Shown here one piece after another: positions 43,201-54,479 of a DNA stretch of 64,000 nt. This DNA is from Bugula neritina (taxonomy: Eukaryota; Animalia; Bryozoa): positions 23,796,767 to 23,860,766 of the forward strand of contig OZ037766.1 in assembly GCA_964035545.1 (NCBI GenBank). Reading direction: 5' to 3'. Within the stretch, counting starts at the first letter, position 1, and every line of letters begins with the position of its first letter. The notes below the pieces were generated by a model, which did not search any database, had not been told where the DNA came from, and was given only the letters and a program-made list of their open reading frames with translations. The position numbers were made by a program, and so were the translations under genes.

Positions 43201-46200
43201 ATCAACCATCTGCACAAAACTGGAGTTTATCCAAAAATAGCAGCCAACAAAAAGGTGTGTTTTAAATTTAGGATTAACAAAAAAGACACAAATCTGAAAA
43301 AAACTGAAAAACAATTCAAACACAGCATTTGAATCTTTATAGCAACTTCACAATGTGCACCATAAATTTAAATTACCATCAAGAAATATACTTTAACTGT
43401 AACGTTTACACAGGTTGACCAAATGAAGGTGCTGTTAAGAATAGTAATAATTTCACTACCCAGTAAACATCCTTGAAACCATTTCAGTTTATAACTGTTT
43501 CTTGTTACTTGAGAAAGTGATATTTTGCCAAAGAATAATACTGGCTGGAACTATAATATGGACTAAACCAATCAACCCAAACGAAGGCACACTATTTTGA
43601 AGAAATCCATTTGCCTTCAGGCTTTTTTTCTTCATCGGCCAATGCATCATCCCAAATCTGAGGTGAACCGCCAGTAAATGAATTTCTATAGGTTGTAGGC
43701 CATTTTTTCCTACTATGATCCGTGTTTATCAATTGCAGATTCTTGTAATTGTCTTCCCACTTGCTCTACAACAATGAAGTTTCTGTGTAATCTTTTAAAA
43801 TGATAGTTGAGTTATCTGAAATTTTTATAAGTAGCCTAATATACTAACAGGTGTCAAATATAATTAAAAATAAAACTAGGTTTCACTTAAGGCTAGATAA
43901 AAACTGAAACTAGTAATGAGTGCTTTTCATTTTCAGAAACAATTATTTCAGCATCATTAGTGGTTGTCCAGTTTTTAAGTTACAATTATTATTAACCAGG
44001 TTCCAGGTGTATAAAATCTCAAAAACCATAACTCTGCAGGCAACAGCTATGGCCATACATATAATTTTTTTCAATGGTGCTGATATGTATAGTATACATA
44101 ATTTAATAGTAAGCTAGCAATCTGAAATACCAAGAATCAGGCTTGGATACCACATTTTCACCAATGATGCAACAGGCATAGCAATATATCTAGCCAATAA
44201 TAATGGTATAGATTACAAGTGAGGCTATGAGTAAAATTATAACTCTAAAACCAAATTATAATTATAATAAATCAGCCTTCAAGTCTAAAGCAATACTAAT
44301 AGGGCAATGATGAGTATTACTATAAATATAAATAATAAAATAAGTATTAAATTGAATTTTAAAACTATAAATCTGAAAACAAAATTCAGAATGATTAACT
44401 ACTACTGGTAAATATTAAAATAGTATTACTATTAGTATTTCTATTACTTAAACTATTACTATTAGTATTAGTGTTACATTTACTAATAGTAATACTAGTG
44501 ACTAAAATTAAAACTAAGTCAAAGAGTTAGAATAACAACTACAAGAGCTCAGCAGATCACAATCACAATGCCATACACATTGAATGTGAAAGTCAATATG
44601 AATATTTATATTCCTTTTGAATTTGACATGATTAAAGTCAATAACTATAAGAATAAGACTAAAGTCTAAAGCAAAAACTCATTGACGGCTGACCATTCGC
44701 CATTCTCATAGTCATTGTCAGTGTCACTATCATTATGATTATTCATTGTGATACTCATACTGAGGCAAATGATTAGTCATATGTAAAGTAACTACCTGAT
44801 CGGATTCACTGCCTCCATGTCTGAGAAAACCTTCAATGTTTTTATGAATAGCAGCTCCAAGATCTCTGCTTATTCTTTTCTTATTAATAGGCCATTCTTT
44901 GCATAATATGGCCAATTGGCGGTGCAAACGCAGCCCACTGTTGGCCATGTTTATTTTTATTGGATACAGTTAGTTTCGTATAATTTGTAAAATTACTCGG
45001 TTACGTAAGTGTGCACTGTTTCGCACAATTAAGCTTGCGCGAAGTCGCTTAAGAGTAAACAACTTCACAAAACACATAGAGTAGATAACTTCTATTTCTG
45101 GGTTAATTTACCTTGCAATCAAATTCATATCAGGTGCTTGTAACCACTTGTAGTATTATATAACGTGTGCTTTGCAGTATTTGTGTCTATCCAAATACAC
45201 TTTTATAGTTAATCACCTTATTTTTCATTATCAACATAATTAATTTTGTTATCAATGCCAACTTTTAAAACAAATGTACAATAAATTTAACTATGCAAAT
45301 GAGGTCACTGTTGTTTGTACTGCAGATTTTCCGTGAACCAAAAACAGCAGGTATGGTGGACGGTGTGCTAGAAACCTATAGTAAAGCTATAAAGGTAACC
45401 TGGTTGACATTCGTAACTTCTCAAGTTTTTTGAAAATATTTAGTCTATTTTAAATGTCTTTAATTTGTTTTTAAGTTTAGTTTAGTTTTACATATAAGCT
45501 TTGTCAAATGGTTTTGTTTTTCCTGGTGAATAAAGATGAATCTTGCCTCTGAACAGCAACTTCTAAATAAGTTGAAGCACTAGCAAGCTGGGGTGTTTTT
45601 CCAGCTGCTATGTTTTTATTCTCTTCTATAATTTGGCAAATAAAGTAATTTCTAGAGTATTTTCACCTCTGTATTGGCTAACTTGAAATTCTTTACTGAA
45701 ACTTGTTTGTGAATCATTTAGTATTTTTAAGGCTTTAGTTTTGAATTAATTGAGAATTGGCAGTAATTATGCACTATGTTAAATATGATATGTAATATAT
45801 TTTATTTGAAATGTAACATGCGGTATATGATATATAACTAGGTAGTATATGATATATTATTTGTAATATATTATATATTGTATGTAATATACGATATGCA
45901 ATGTGTGATATACATGTATGTTATGTAATATATATGCTATGTAATATAATATACTAATTATCATATATATTATGCAGAACACAGGTGGAGCTCTTTTATT
46001 CTCTGTGGTGGGAGGTAAAATGAGTGAAGGAATAAATTTTTGTGATGATTTGGGCAGGTGTGTGGTGATGGTGGGCTTACCATATCCTAATATACACTCT
46101 GCAGAGTTGAAGGAGAAGATGAACTATCTCAACAGAACTATGGTATTCAGTGACTATTGTAGTAGTTGGTAGTCACAGTGGTTAGTTAATGTAATAATGT

Positions 46201-47364
46201 CAGCATTTTAGTAGTTTTTAGTTGTAGTATTACTAACTCTGCTAATAAAGAGTGGTTATAACTATTTGCTTGTTGTTTAATTATCCGTATTTGGAATTTG
46301 TGTAATTAATAATTCTATTTGACATAGTCTTGTAAATTATACTCGTTTAAACTCACTCACTCACTTGTAAAGTATATGATTCAATAAAACTCTCTGTAAT
46401 ATTGATGTTGGTTTGCATATGTTTTAGAAAGTCAGCGCTGATGGAATGCTGCCCGGACAGGTTCATTACGAGAATCTGTGTATGAAGGCTGTGAATCAGT
46501 CAATTGGTAAAGTATTTATCTCCCCGTTCCTGCTGATACATACATCACCTGCTTTTCACAGCAGAATATTTACTTTGAAAGTATCTATCAAGATGATTTT
46601 AATCAATTTTTTTCAAAACAAAGTTTCTAACTTCTCCAACTGTTTCTCATCTGATCATCTATAAATAGCTTCTCTTTATATAAATTAGTTGCTTTTGGGC
46701 GTTCGTAAAACTTTATAAAATTGAAATATTTTGCACATTATTCTTTCTTCCCACATTTTACTTCATGCTTATAAAACAAAAAATGATACTACTTTCTGTT
46801 TTTAAATCGATGTTTCCATGTTTCTGTTGCTGTACCAGGAAGGGCTATACGACACAAGAATGACTACGCAAGTATCTTGCTAGTCGACCATAGGTACCAC
46901 AAACCCTCAGTCATACAAAAACTACCTGGATGGCTTAGAGATCATGTGAGAAAATTGAGTTCTAATCAATCAGCGGTTACCAGCATGAAAGAGGTGTGGT
47001 AATTGTTAAAGTTTATATTCTTTCATTTCTCTAGGTTGTATTATACATCAGAACTTGTTTTGTTATGCTAAAAAAGTTGCCAAAGGATAATGAAATACTG
47101 TTAATTATAAGTAATGTTTTCTTAAACTTATTCAAAGATTTATTCTATATTTCATGATTAAATAGAATTATAATTAATCCTTGTTGTGAGTCATATTTTG
47201 AGACATTTTGTATGCAGCAGTTGTAGGACTTTGTATATCTATTATATTTCTGCGAGATAGGTACATCTGCACCAGCAATGTATCTTGCATCTGGCTCTGT
47301 AGAATATTGTGATATTGTATAGTGATTATTGCAGTTCTTCTCCCGGTGCTCTTCCAACTCTTGA
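10285..47364 (+). CDS. DDX11: ATP-dependent DNA helicase DDX11 (ChlR1/Chl1), Fe-S XPD-family helicase, 22 coding exons
   Basis: Phase-consistent exons: 10285-10336, 10654-10781, 14888-15000, 15778-15889, 16131-16229, 16932-17108, 17578-17685, 18403-18588, 18908-19003, 19491-19643, 20559-20691, 21370-21518, 22258-22372, 41874-42026, 42283-42465, 42862-42965, 43105-43254, 45326-45394, 45978-46142, 46428-46506, 46839-46993, 47335-47364. Motifs: FPFEPY, ESPTGT|[13 protein letters not shown], Fe-S cysteines (NMCIN, DRC, CPYY x2), [36 protein letters not shown]. First and last exons are least certain. Confidence 0.96.
10858..14513 (+). mobile_element. Degenerate Academ-like DNA transposon in DDX11 intron 2
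   Basis: Imperfect TIRs of ~150-160 bp, starting TAGTCTGGCAGAA and ending TTCTGCCAGACTA; 3-bp TSD CAA (10855-10857, 14514-14516). Frameshifted transposase remnants [25 protein letters not shown] and [11 protein letters not shown] termini with a 3-bp TSD fit the Academ superfamily. Confidence 0.8.
12537..12930 (+). mobile_element. 3' fragment of an RTE-type LINE nested in the DNA transposon
   Basis: [34 protein letters not shown] is the typical RTE ORF C-terminus; it interrupts the transposase remnants. Boundaries are approximate. Confidence 0.75.
16650..16875. repeat. 20-bp minisatellite with 60-bp higher-order period
   Basis: Unit TACTGTGTTACATTATGCTA; a TACCGTG variant recurs every third unit. 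Confidence 0.9.
18099..18385. repeat. ~72-bp tandem repeat, 4 copies, just before DDX11 exon 8
   Basis: Unit CATCATTGCACTAATAACTAATCTATGTTTG...TATATAGTTGTGTTAGTCTAA. Confidence 0.9.
20277..20489. mobile_element. Short MITE; related partial copy at ~22850-23000
   Basis: TIR GAGTCATTGTACTTAATTT / AAATTAAGTAAAATGACCC, flanked by ATTT on both sides. The internal sequence TATACATTAGC.GCTAAA.TGTGAAAAATAGC recurs at ~22920. Confidence 0.6.
21552..21803. repeat. ~134-bp direct tandem duplication
   Basis: ATTAATCCTGGTCTTTATGTAGCATTCAATG...TTTTTTCTGTTATTT occurs twice. Confidence 0.85.
24461..26436 (-). CDS. Uncharacterised 170-aa single-pass membrane protein with acidic tail, nested antisense in DDX11 intron 13
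   Basis: Exons 26367-26436, 25345-25461, 24461-24786 (phases 1,1; GT-AG). Protein: [36 protein letters not shown] (TM helix plus basic stop-transfer), then an E/P/S-rich tail. In-frame stop upstream of the ATG. Confidence 0.75.
28937..29056. mobile_element. ~120-bp hairpin MITE, copy 1
   Basis: Ends AGTTGGGGGAGACTGAGTG and CACTCAGTGACCCCCAACT are inverted repeats; related copy at 37514-37631. Confidence 0.6.
32415..32820. repeat. 21-bp GTA/GTG-rich minisatellite
   Basis: Unit TAGTGTAGTAGCTGTAGTGGT, cleanest at 32600-32820; produces spurious poly-Thr and poly-Val ORFs. Confidence 0.9.
33262..33765. repeat. 20-bp minisatellite starting at the stop codon of the nested receptor gene
   Basis: Unit TACTATGACTTGGTGTACTC, ~24 copies, with a ~100-bp higher-order duplication (33321-33520). 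Confidence 0.92.
33753..38335 (-). CDS. Uncharacterised ~490-aa type I membrane protein, nested antisense in DDX11 intron 13
   Basis: Eight phase-consistent GT-AG exons: 38281-38335, 37706-37897, 36993-37126, 36533-36680, 36131-36267, 34841-35210, 34291-34497, 33753-33982. Signal peptide [18 protein letters not shown]; Cys-rich ectodomain; Ser/Thr stalk; [29 protein letters not shown]; Tyr-rich tail. Possible 5'UTR exon with a donor at ~40595. Confidence 0.8.
37514..37631. mobile_element. ~120-bp hairpin MITE, copy 2
   Basis: AGTTGGGTTGACTGAGGGCAGTA...TACTGCACTCAGTCGCCCCTAACT; same family as 28937-29056. Confidence 0.6.
43592..44948 (-). CDS. UQCC2: Ubiquinol-cytochrome c reductase complex assembly factor 2 (Cbp6/MNF1), 108 aa, nested antisense in DDX11 intron 17
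   Basis: Exons 44796-44948 and 43592-43765 (phase 0). [20 protein letters not shown] and [22 protein letters not shown] match the UQCC2 pattern LCEEWP....RDLG...Y.SL..L......KYP...SFSG. Confidence 0.85.
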
Positions 47365-47995
47365 CTACTCAGTTGAAATGAGTCATGGTTGACCAGTCAT
47401 AACCAGTGCCATCACTAGTCGCCGTAACTCTGCACCTCACCTTCTACTCCGTCTTTCAGTTTCAGTCAGCTCATGAATTAAACTGCTGATTTGTTTTATT
47501 TTTATTGCTTTAATTTGTTAATTGTTTTTTTTATGTTGAGTTTATTATGAAGTTTTATAGAAATATAAGTTTTCAAATACCGGAAATAGTGCACTGTTTT
47601 ATTTTTAATATTCCTATATAATATAATGTACGTTATGTGTTGTGTAAGCACCACTTGCCAAATTCTATGTTAAAAAATTAGCTTCGATTGCAGTTGTTGA
47701 TCTCAAAATTAAGCAATAAAATTCTCATAAATCAACAAAATTTTAATTAGAGTTGTCTTCACTAATTTACAAATCTTGAATAATGGAGTTTTTTGTTCAA
47801 GGCTTAAAAACCTAAATTAAAGATTGTTCATAAATTACATGCATAACTGTAACTAATACATTTCTTTGATAAGTTTGTAGTTATGAGATATAGATCAGCA
47901 TCAAATTCAAACAAGTTATTTATATTTGCTAAGGTATTTGAAGCTTTTATCCTTAACAAAAATCAAACCTTATACATAGCAAAAGCATAATATAT

Positions 47996-48373
47996 TGTGA
48001 TAAAACTGTGAGTTTGAATGTAGCTAGTTGCCTTGCATGCTTGTTGTAAAGAACAAGTCGAGAAATCGAGTATAAATGGTAATAACTTTATAGAGTAGAT
48101 TGATATGGTAGGTCTGCATCCAGCGAGCTCCAGTAGTAGACTGAACTACACTGGAACTCGCTGGCTTTTATATACATGCTGGACAAAAACATTCCTTTGT
48201 TGCCGAGATTGGAGATCCGAAATGCCGAATATCGGCACTTCGAGAGTCCGAATTGGCATCTCGGCACTTCAGTAGTCCGATATGCCGATTCTTGACATAT
48301 CGGTGTTTCGGAGGACCGAAGTGCCGATCTCGGCAACCAAGGACACACACATACATAACATAAATCCACCACA
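47996..48373 (-). mobile_element. Solo LTR related to the Gypsy element at 57221-64000
   Basis: TG...CA termini with 4-bp TSD ATAT (47992-47995, 48374-48377). Shares long blocks with 57221-57612, e.g. CCAGCGAGCTCCAGTAGTAGACTGAACTA and TCGGTGTTTCGGAGGACCGAAGT. Confidence 0.9.
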
Positions 48374-48420
48374 ATATACCAACCGTAATAAAAGACAAGT
48401 ATAGCGTGGCTAAAGAATTT

Positions 48421-48730
48421 TTACTAAATTTATCAACTTTCACCTAAAAAATGCTGCATCAAATTATAATTATAGTTAGTGATATGTAGGCCTTAATTGT
48501 TTTATTTTATTTAGGGACAACTTATTTTAACTCAGATTAAGTTTTCTTCTCATGTGTACTGAATGTTACTAATTCTTACTAAATTTATCAACTTTTACCT
48601 CAAAAATGCTGCATCAAATTATAATTATAGTGCATATAGTGAGTTAGCGATTTGTAATTGTTATATTTTTAGAGACCGACCAATTTTAACTCAGAAGTTT
48701 TCTTCCAATGTGCATGTACTTAATGTTACT
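48421..48730. repeat. ~155-bp tandem duplication
   Basis: TTACTAAATTTATCAACTTT.ACCT.AAAAATGCTGCATCAAATTATAATTATAGT occurs at 48421 and ~48576. Confidence 0.8.
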
Positions 48731-49345
48731 CTTAATATTTTGACTGTTTCGACATATATAACTGTAAATTTTTAGGTTATTAGGTAAATGACTAAACTTG
48801 AGGTTGGAAAATGACAAAAAATGATTCATCTGACACGGCACTAATGCTACTAAACGCCACAATCTAATAACAATTCAAACAAAAACCATCTATCAACAGA
48901 GTTGCAGTTGTATCTTGATAGCACATAACCTCTGTAAGAGAAATATTGCATAGCTAAAGCAAAATATTTATTCTTGTTGCTGATAAAAAAGAACATAACA
49001 GCAACAACGCAATATAATTATAGCAAGACAAAATAATAATTAAAGTTGAAAAATAACACCATTGAAATTATATGATATAACAGGACAGAAAACATGATAT
49101 TTTGGAGATAATCATTTTCAAAACCCAGAAAAACCAACAATTTAGTCTTTTAGATTCGGGCAATACAGAAATATAAGCATTCATTTGTAAAAATGATTAT
49201 TCAAACTTTTTTTGCTATTCTTTTAATACACGAGAACTATTGACATTTTTAAGCTAGAGGTTTGCTCTTTGTTTTAAGCATGTTGACAGGCAGTTCAAAT
49301 GAATGTCATACCAGCCAACAATTAAGGGTTGCTGCGCTGTTCAGC

Positions 49346-50821
49346 TCACTTGTCCTTAAGAATTACATTATGAAAACCATTTTTTATGAATTCCTCAGCT
49401 GCCTTCATTATTTTGTTAGTTTGAATAAACCTGTGGCTGTCAGCATTTTCCTGATTGATTCTATCAGCGGAATTAGCAGTAGCACGTATAAAGAGAAAGT
49501 GAATGACTTCACCATCCTCGTCAACGTGGTCTAAATATGCACTCTCTACATCCACAGCTTGAAGCCCATCTTTATTTTGGTGAGTGAATACAATGGGATC
49601 CAGTTTCTTATCAGGATAATCAAATCGGTGTTGACGAAAAATAGACATCTGGTTTGGTTGATTATCATGGCAATAGAGATAGTATTTGCATATAGGTGGT
49701 AAAGTGGAAGCATTAAATTGGAAAGTTGTTGGATGATCTTTTATATAGACTTTTTTTGATACATTAATCAAAAAATCACCAAACATTTTTCCACATGGTA
49801 CATTTAGGTGGGATTTTAGAAAAAAATTCATCCATGTTAAAGAAGAGTGTACCGGAAAGTGCATTACCCAATTCAGCTCTTCAAAACAACTCATAATGTG
49901 AGCTTCCAGAAAGTCATCACTAGCGCATGCTACCACCGCATCCATCGCTGCCTCTACTTCTTGTCTTGAACAGAAAAGTTCATCAAGCAGTATTTGAATA
50001 TTTTTATCATTGCATACATCAAGGGCTGTAGCATACAAGTGAAATATTTGAAGTTTAGACTCAAACTTTGTATTTAATGTACCGTCATGCTTCAACACTT
50101 TTGTTACAGTTGCGTGAGAAATTCCATCTAGCTTCATCTTCCACAAATTTACAAAGATATTTACCACATGCTTAATACACATTTTTGAAACAACTTTTGC
50201 AATATTTTGATACTTGGGACCCTTCACGAAGTTAATGAGAAATATTTCTTGCAAAAACAAAAAGTAAATATGCCCTGTGAGAGTAAAAAGCAGCAGGGCT
50301 GTGTTTGGAAATGCATCGTCTTTTATCATAACAAAAAGCTGCTCCTTTATCAACAATTCCTTCTCTTCCAGCAGAGCATGCCAATTCTTAGGTTTGCTGG
50401 CTGATTGTTTGAAAGGCAAGTACTTATTTAACACAAATTCTACAGTTCCATTGAGAAAATCACAGATTTTTAGCAGCTTTTGATCTGGTGGTAGAGGATG
50501 GTACGTCATTGTTAAAATATTTCGGACATCCTTCATATAGTCCTGACCACTATGTTTTCCAAAAATCATTGTAAGTGCATTTAGCCCCAGAGGTAGGTTA
50601 GATTCCAGCAGTTGAATAAACTGAGCAAACAATTGATGAGATTTCAAGCATTTTATGTCTATTGTGTTGAGATGTTTACGTCCGCTACAACTGACAGTAG
50701 CAGCGCCTCCAATACCAACTTTTTTAATATTTCCTTGTCTGTCACTAGTTCCCACGTTTTCATCAGCAGATTCTTCACTGGTAGTGGCGCATTCTGATTT
50801 AATTGATTCAGTGTCACTCAT
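49346..50821 (-). CDS. Intronless ~491-aa protein; central helical region resembles Cry/delta-endotoxin domain I (tentative)
   Basis: Uninterrupted 1.5-kb ORF in AT-rich DNA; first in-frame ATG at 50821 (the ORF track starts at GTG 50863). LNGT..F..NKYLPFK...ALLLFTLTGHIYFLFLQE resembles the conserved helix-5 block of Cry-like proteins. Coding status is likely; the product call is uncertain. Confidence 0.65.
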   Translation of the reverse strand: MSDTESIKSECATTSEESADENVGTSDRQGNIKKVGIGGAATVSCSGRKHLNTIDIKCLKSHQLFAQFIQLLESNLPLGLNALTMIFGKHSGQDYMKDVRNILTMTYHPLPPDQKLLKICDFLNGTVEFVLNKYLPFKQSASKPKNWHALLEEKELLIKEQLFVMIKDDAFPNTALLLFTLTGHIYFLFLQEIFLINFVKGPKYQNIAKVVSKMCIKHVVNIFVNLWKMKLDGISHATVTKVLKHDGTLNTKFESKLQIFHLYATALDVCNDKNIQILLDELFCSRQEVEAAMDAVVACASDDFLEAHIMSCFEELNWVMHFPVHSSLTWMNFFLKSHLNVPCGKMFGDFLINVSKKVYIKDHPTTFQFNASTLPPICKYYLYCHDNQPNQMSIFRQHRFDYPDKKLDPIVFTHQNKDGLQAVDVESAYLDHVDEDGEVIHFLFIRATANSADRINQENADSHRFIQTNKIMKAAEEFIKNGFHNVILKDK

Positions 50822-52905
50822 ATTTCCAATAGTGTGGTGGAGTTTGGTTTCCTTGTACGACACTCAGCAAAGTTGCTAAGCAACAGCATCACCAATAGCT
50901 GCTTTCACCATGTTGAATTTTATGTAAGCTGAGAGCTGTGCTATCTTCCAGGTCTATATCTAATGAAAATGCAAGAAAACTCATGTAGCCAGCTTATTTA
51001 ATAGATTCAGTAGAAATATGGCTAAGCAAACTCTGCGTAATTTTTAATTTTGAAATTGATTATGTACTTTAAAAAAATGATGCAAATCTTTTTAGTGCTT
51101 TGCATTCTGTTAGGAAAAGCATTGCAAGAAGCTCTTAATTTCATTATTATAGGAAATAACTGCTGATAAACTGGACTATTTTACTTTAACGCATAAAAAA
51201 GAGGTCAGTTTTCATTGGCTAAGTTCTCTCATTGGCTAAGTAATTAAAAAATTTCAAGCCCAAGAAGTATTTAGCCTTAGCATACAGTACTTTATTGCTT
51301 ATATTACTATATATCAAGTATAATTTAATATATAAGAATTAATACACATTGACTAACTGCGACAGAAATGCTTTTAGGAGTAAGCATTTATATATTATTC
51401 TAATAATAAAACACTGTATAGACATATAATGCAGCATACTAAATTGCAAAACTTTCTTTAACTTACCTTATGTATAATTGTGGAAGATATAATAGGATTG
51501 TAAGAGATTCCGACTTTAATTCTGGGTGGCACAGATTGCACTTGCTTTCAGTTTTGCCTAAATTTTAAAAATGTTTCAAATTTATTCTAGCAAAGATGCT
51601 TGTGTGCCTAGAGCTGTTTAGCTTTTAGTTAGCTTTACTGTCAGTGCTATGATTTTATAATCCATTAACTCTTTGAAAAGAGTGAGGTTTAGCTAAGAGG
51701 TTTCCAATAGCTGCACGCAGTGTTTGAAATAAGCAACCTATGGTTTACAGCTTACAGCTACACTTGGCTGCAAACAATTTTTTTAGCTTTTATAAATTCA
51801 AAACCACTGAATATATTTTAGCATTCCAAGTTTCAGTAAATATTATACAGTCTTTGAAAGTAAACCACAATACAGGTAACTGTTGTAAAATTTATTCATG
51901 ATTCAGCATATAGAAACATAATATTTTCAAGTTAGCAACTCCAAATTTTAAGTACAGTTTTTACATAGTTTCAAAAGCTCCTATAAGGTTATTTATGCTT
52001 TCCAGCAAATATAGCTTATAGTTTTCTAAAGAATAATATTTTTTAAACAAATTAAGTAGGATTGTTTAAATGGAAGTTGAAACAACTTATTGTTAAGCTT
52101 TGAATTATATGGTGTATTTATAACTTCATTTACAGTTTTGCTTATATGCCCATTTCTACCAAACTCAAATATGGTGGCAGAATGATTTCTGACACCAGAA
52201 GTATTTTGTTTGCAAACTTTGTGTCTTCAATATAAAAACATGTAGGAAAGTATCTGCAGTGAAATATTTACAGTGAAGGCATGTGATGGAGTTCACAAAT
52301 AGATGCATATATGCAATTAACCAATCATACCTAAAGATTTTAAAAACATTTATGTTCAGCCAGCTGCTGAATGCATTCAAGACACTTGCCTAAAGCTTAT
52401 CGGCCAAATGTAAGCTGTAGGAGCCACCAACAATGGGTTATTGACTAAGTATAAACAGTAAAAAAACCTTTTTAAAACAATTGTTTTAAAATTATAAACT
52501 TTTCATTAGTTGTTTCTCTTGTTAAACAACCTAATGAAGCTTTAGGCAGTTTTTGTAAATGATCCAAACAATGTTTTTTATACATAAAGCACATAACAAC
52601 TTTTATCATTTTTTGTCTTACAGAAATATTCCATTACCTGTAATTAAAAATAAACCAATAAAATAATTGTTTTATTGTAGAATAAATTCTACACGATTAT
52701 TGCAGCAGATGACTCTAAATGAGATGCTATCTTTTAAAAGTGACATCATGCATTGACTTAATGGATTTTATCTTATGATAAGCTGTGTTAACTGATAACC
52801 AATGCCACCTCCATACTGCATCCTATTAGTTTTCACTGCTCACCAAACACGCAGCTGTTGGTAGTACAGTACTTATATTATAGCTGTTGTCACAGAGCTT
52901 AGACA

Positions 52906-53717
<812 letters not shown>

Positions 53718-54305
53718 GTACCAAAAAAAGTTTTCAGCACTTTCAATTTCTTAGACTCTGCCTTATATTTTTTATCTTGTGAGAGAGATCCTCCTTTGCA
53801 TTGTAGATCAGAACAAATATATTTTCTGAACTGTATCCCAGCACCTTATCTCCATGTTCTCTATTCCCTGCACAATTATTTTCCTTGATGCCTAGTATAA
53901 ATTCCTTTTGTTTATTTTTTATATGTTCTCATGTTTGTAACTTTGATGGGATTCAGAATAAATTTTGCTTAGTCCTAAATTAACCCATTGTCTAAGATGG
54001 ATTTTGATGTCAGGTTGCAACAACTTTGCATTGTCAGTTACATTTGTGTTCTGGTGCCATTTAGGATATACCCAGTAACTGTGTGAAAAGTATGTGTTTT
54101 CCTTACTTTAGATGTCTTACTAAAAAACCACATAATTCAGTATTCTAAGAAGACAACTTTTCACAAAGTTAGCAACTTTTTGCTCAAGTTTCTGCTGATC
54201 AAAGCTTTAAGTTCTTTAAGACTAGTAAGAATCTCTCTGAGACCATCAGATCTTAATCAAGTTTGAATAGGTTAAATTCAATTGACTATCTTATACACGT
54301 TATAG

Positions 54306-54404
54306 GAAAACCATGCTCTGAAAGTACTGTCAGTGAGTTTTTGAACGGTAAAATACAATGTTCTTGCGATGTTGGCTGTATTTGAAATGGTAAAAGTTGT
54401 TCAG
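54306..54404 (+). pseudogene. Dead duplicate of the EGF-like exon
   Basis: Near-copy of 53619-53717 with a Cys-to-Ser change, an in-frame TGA and the donor mutated GT to AT. Confidence 0.7.
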
Positions 54405-54479
54405 ATACCAAAACAAGTTTTCAGTACTTCTCAATAAATTTTATCAACACTACTCTTATATATATTACTCATCTTATAA

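Noticed and set aside
46994-47002. DDX11 ending by read-through (E-V-W-stop)
   Set aside because: A phase-0 terminal exon FFSRCSSNS* at 47335-47364 better matches the usual short DDX11 C-terminus; cDNA is needed to settle it.
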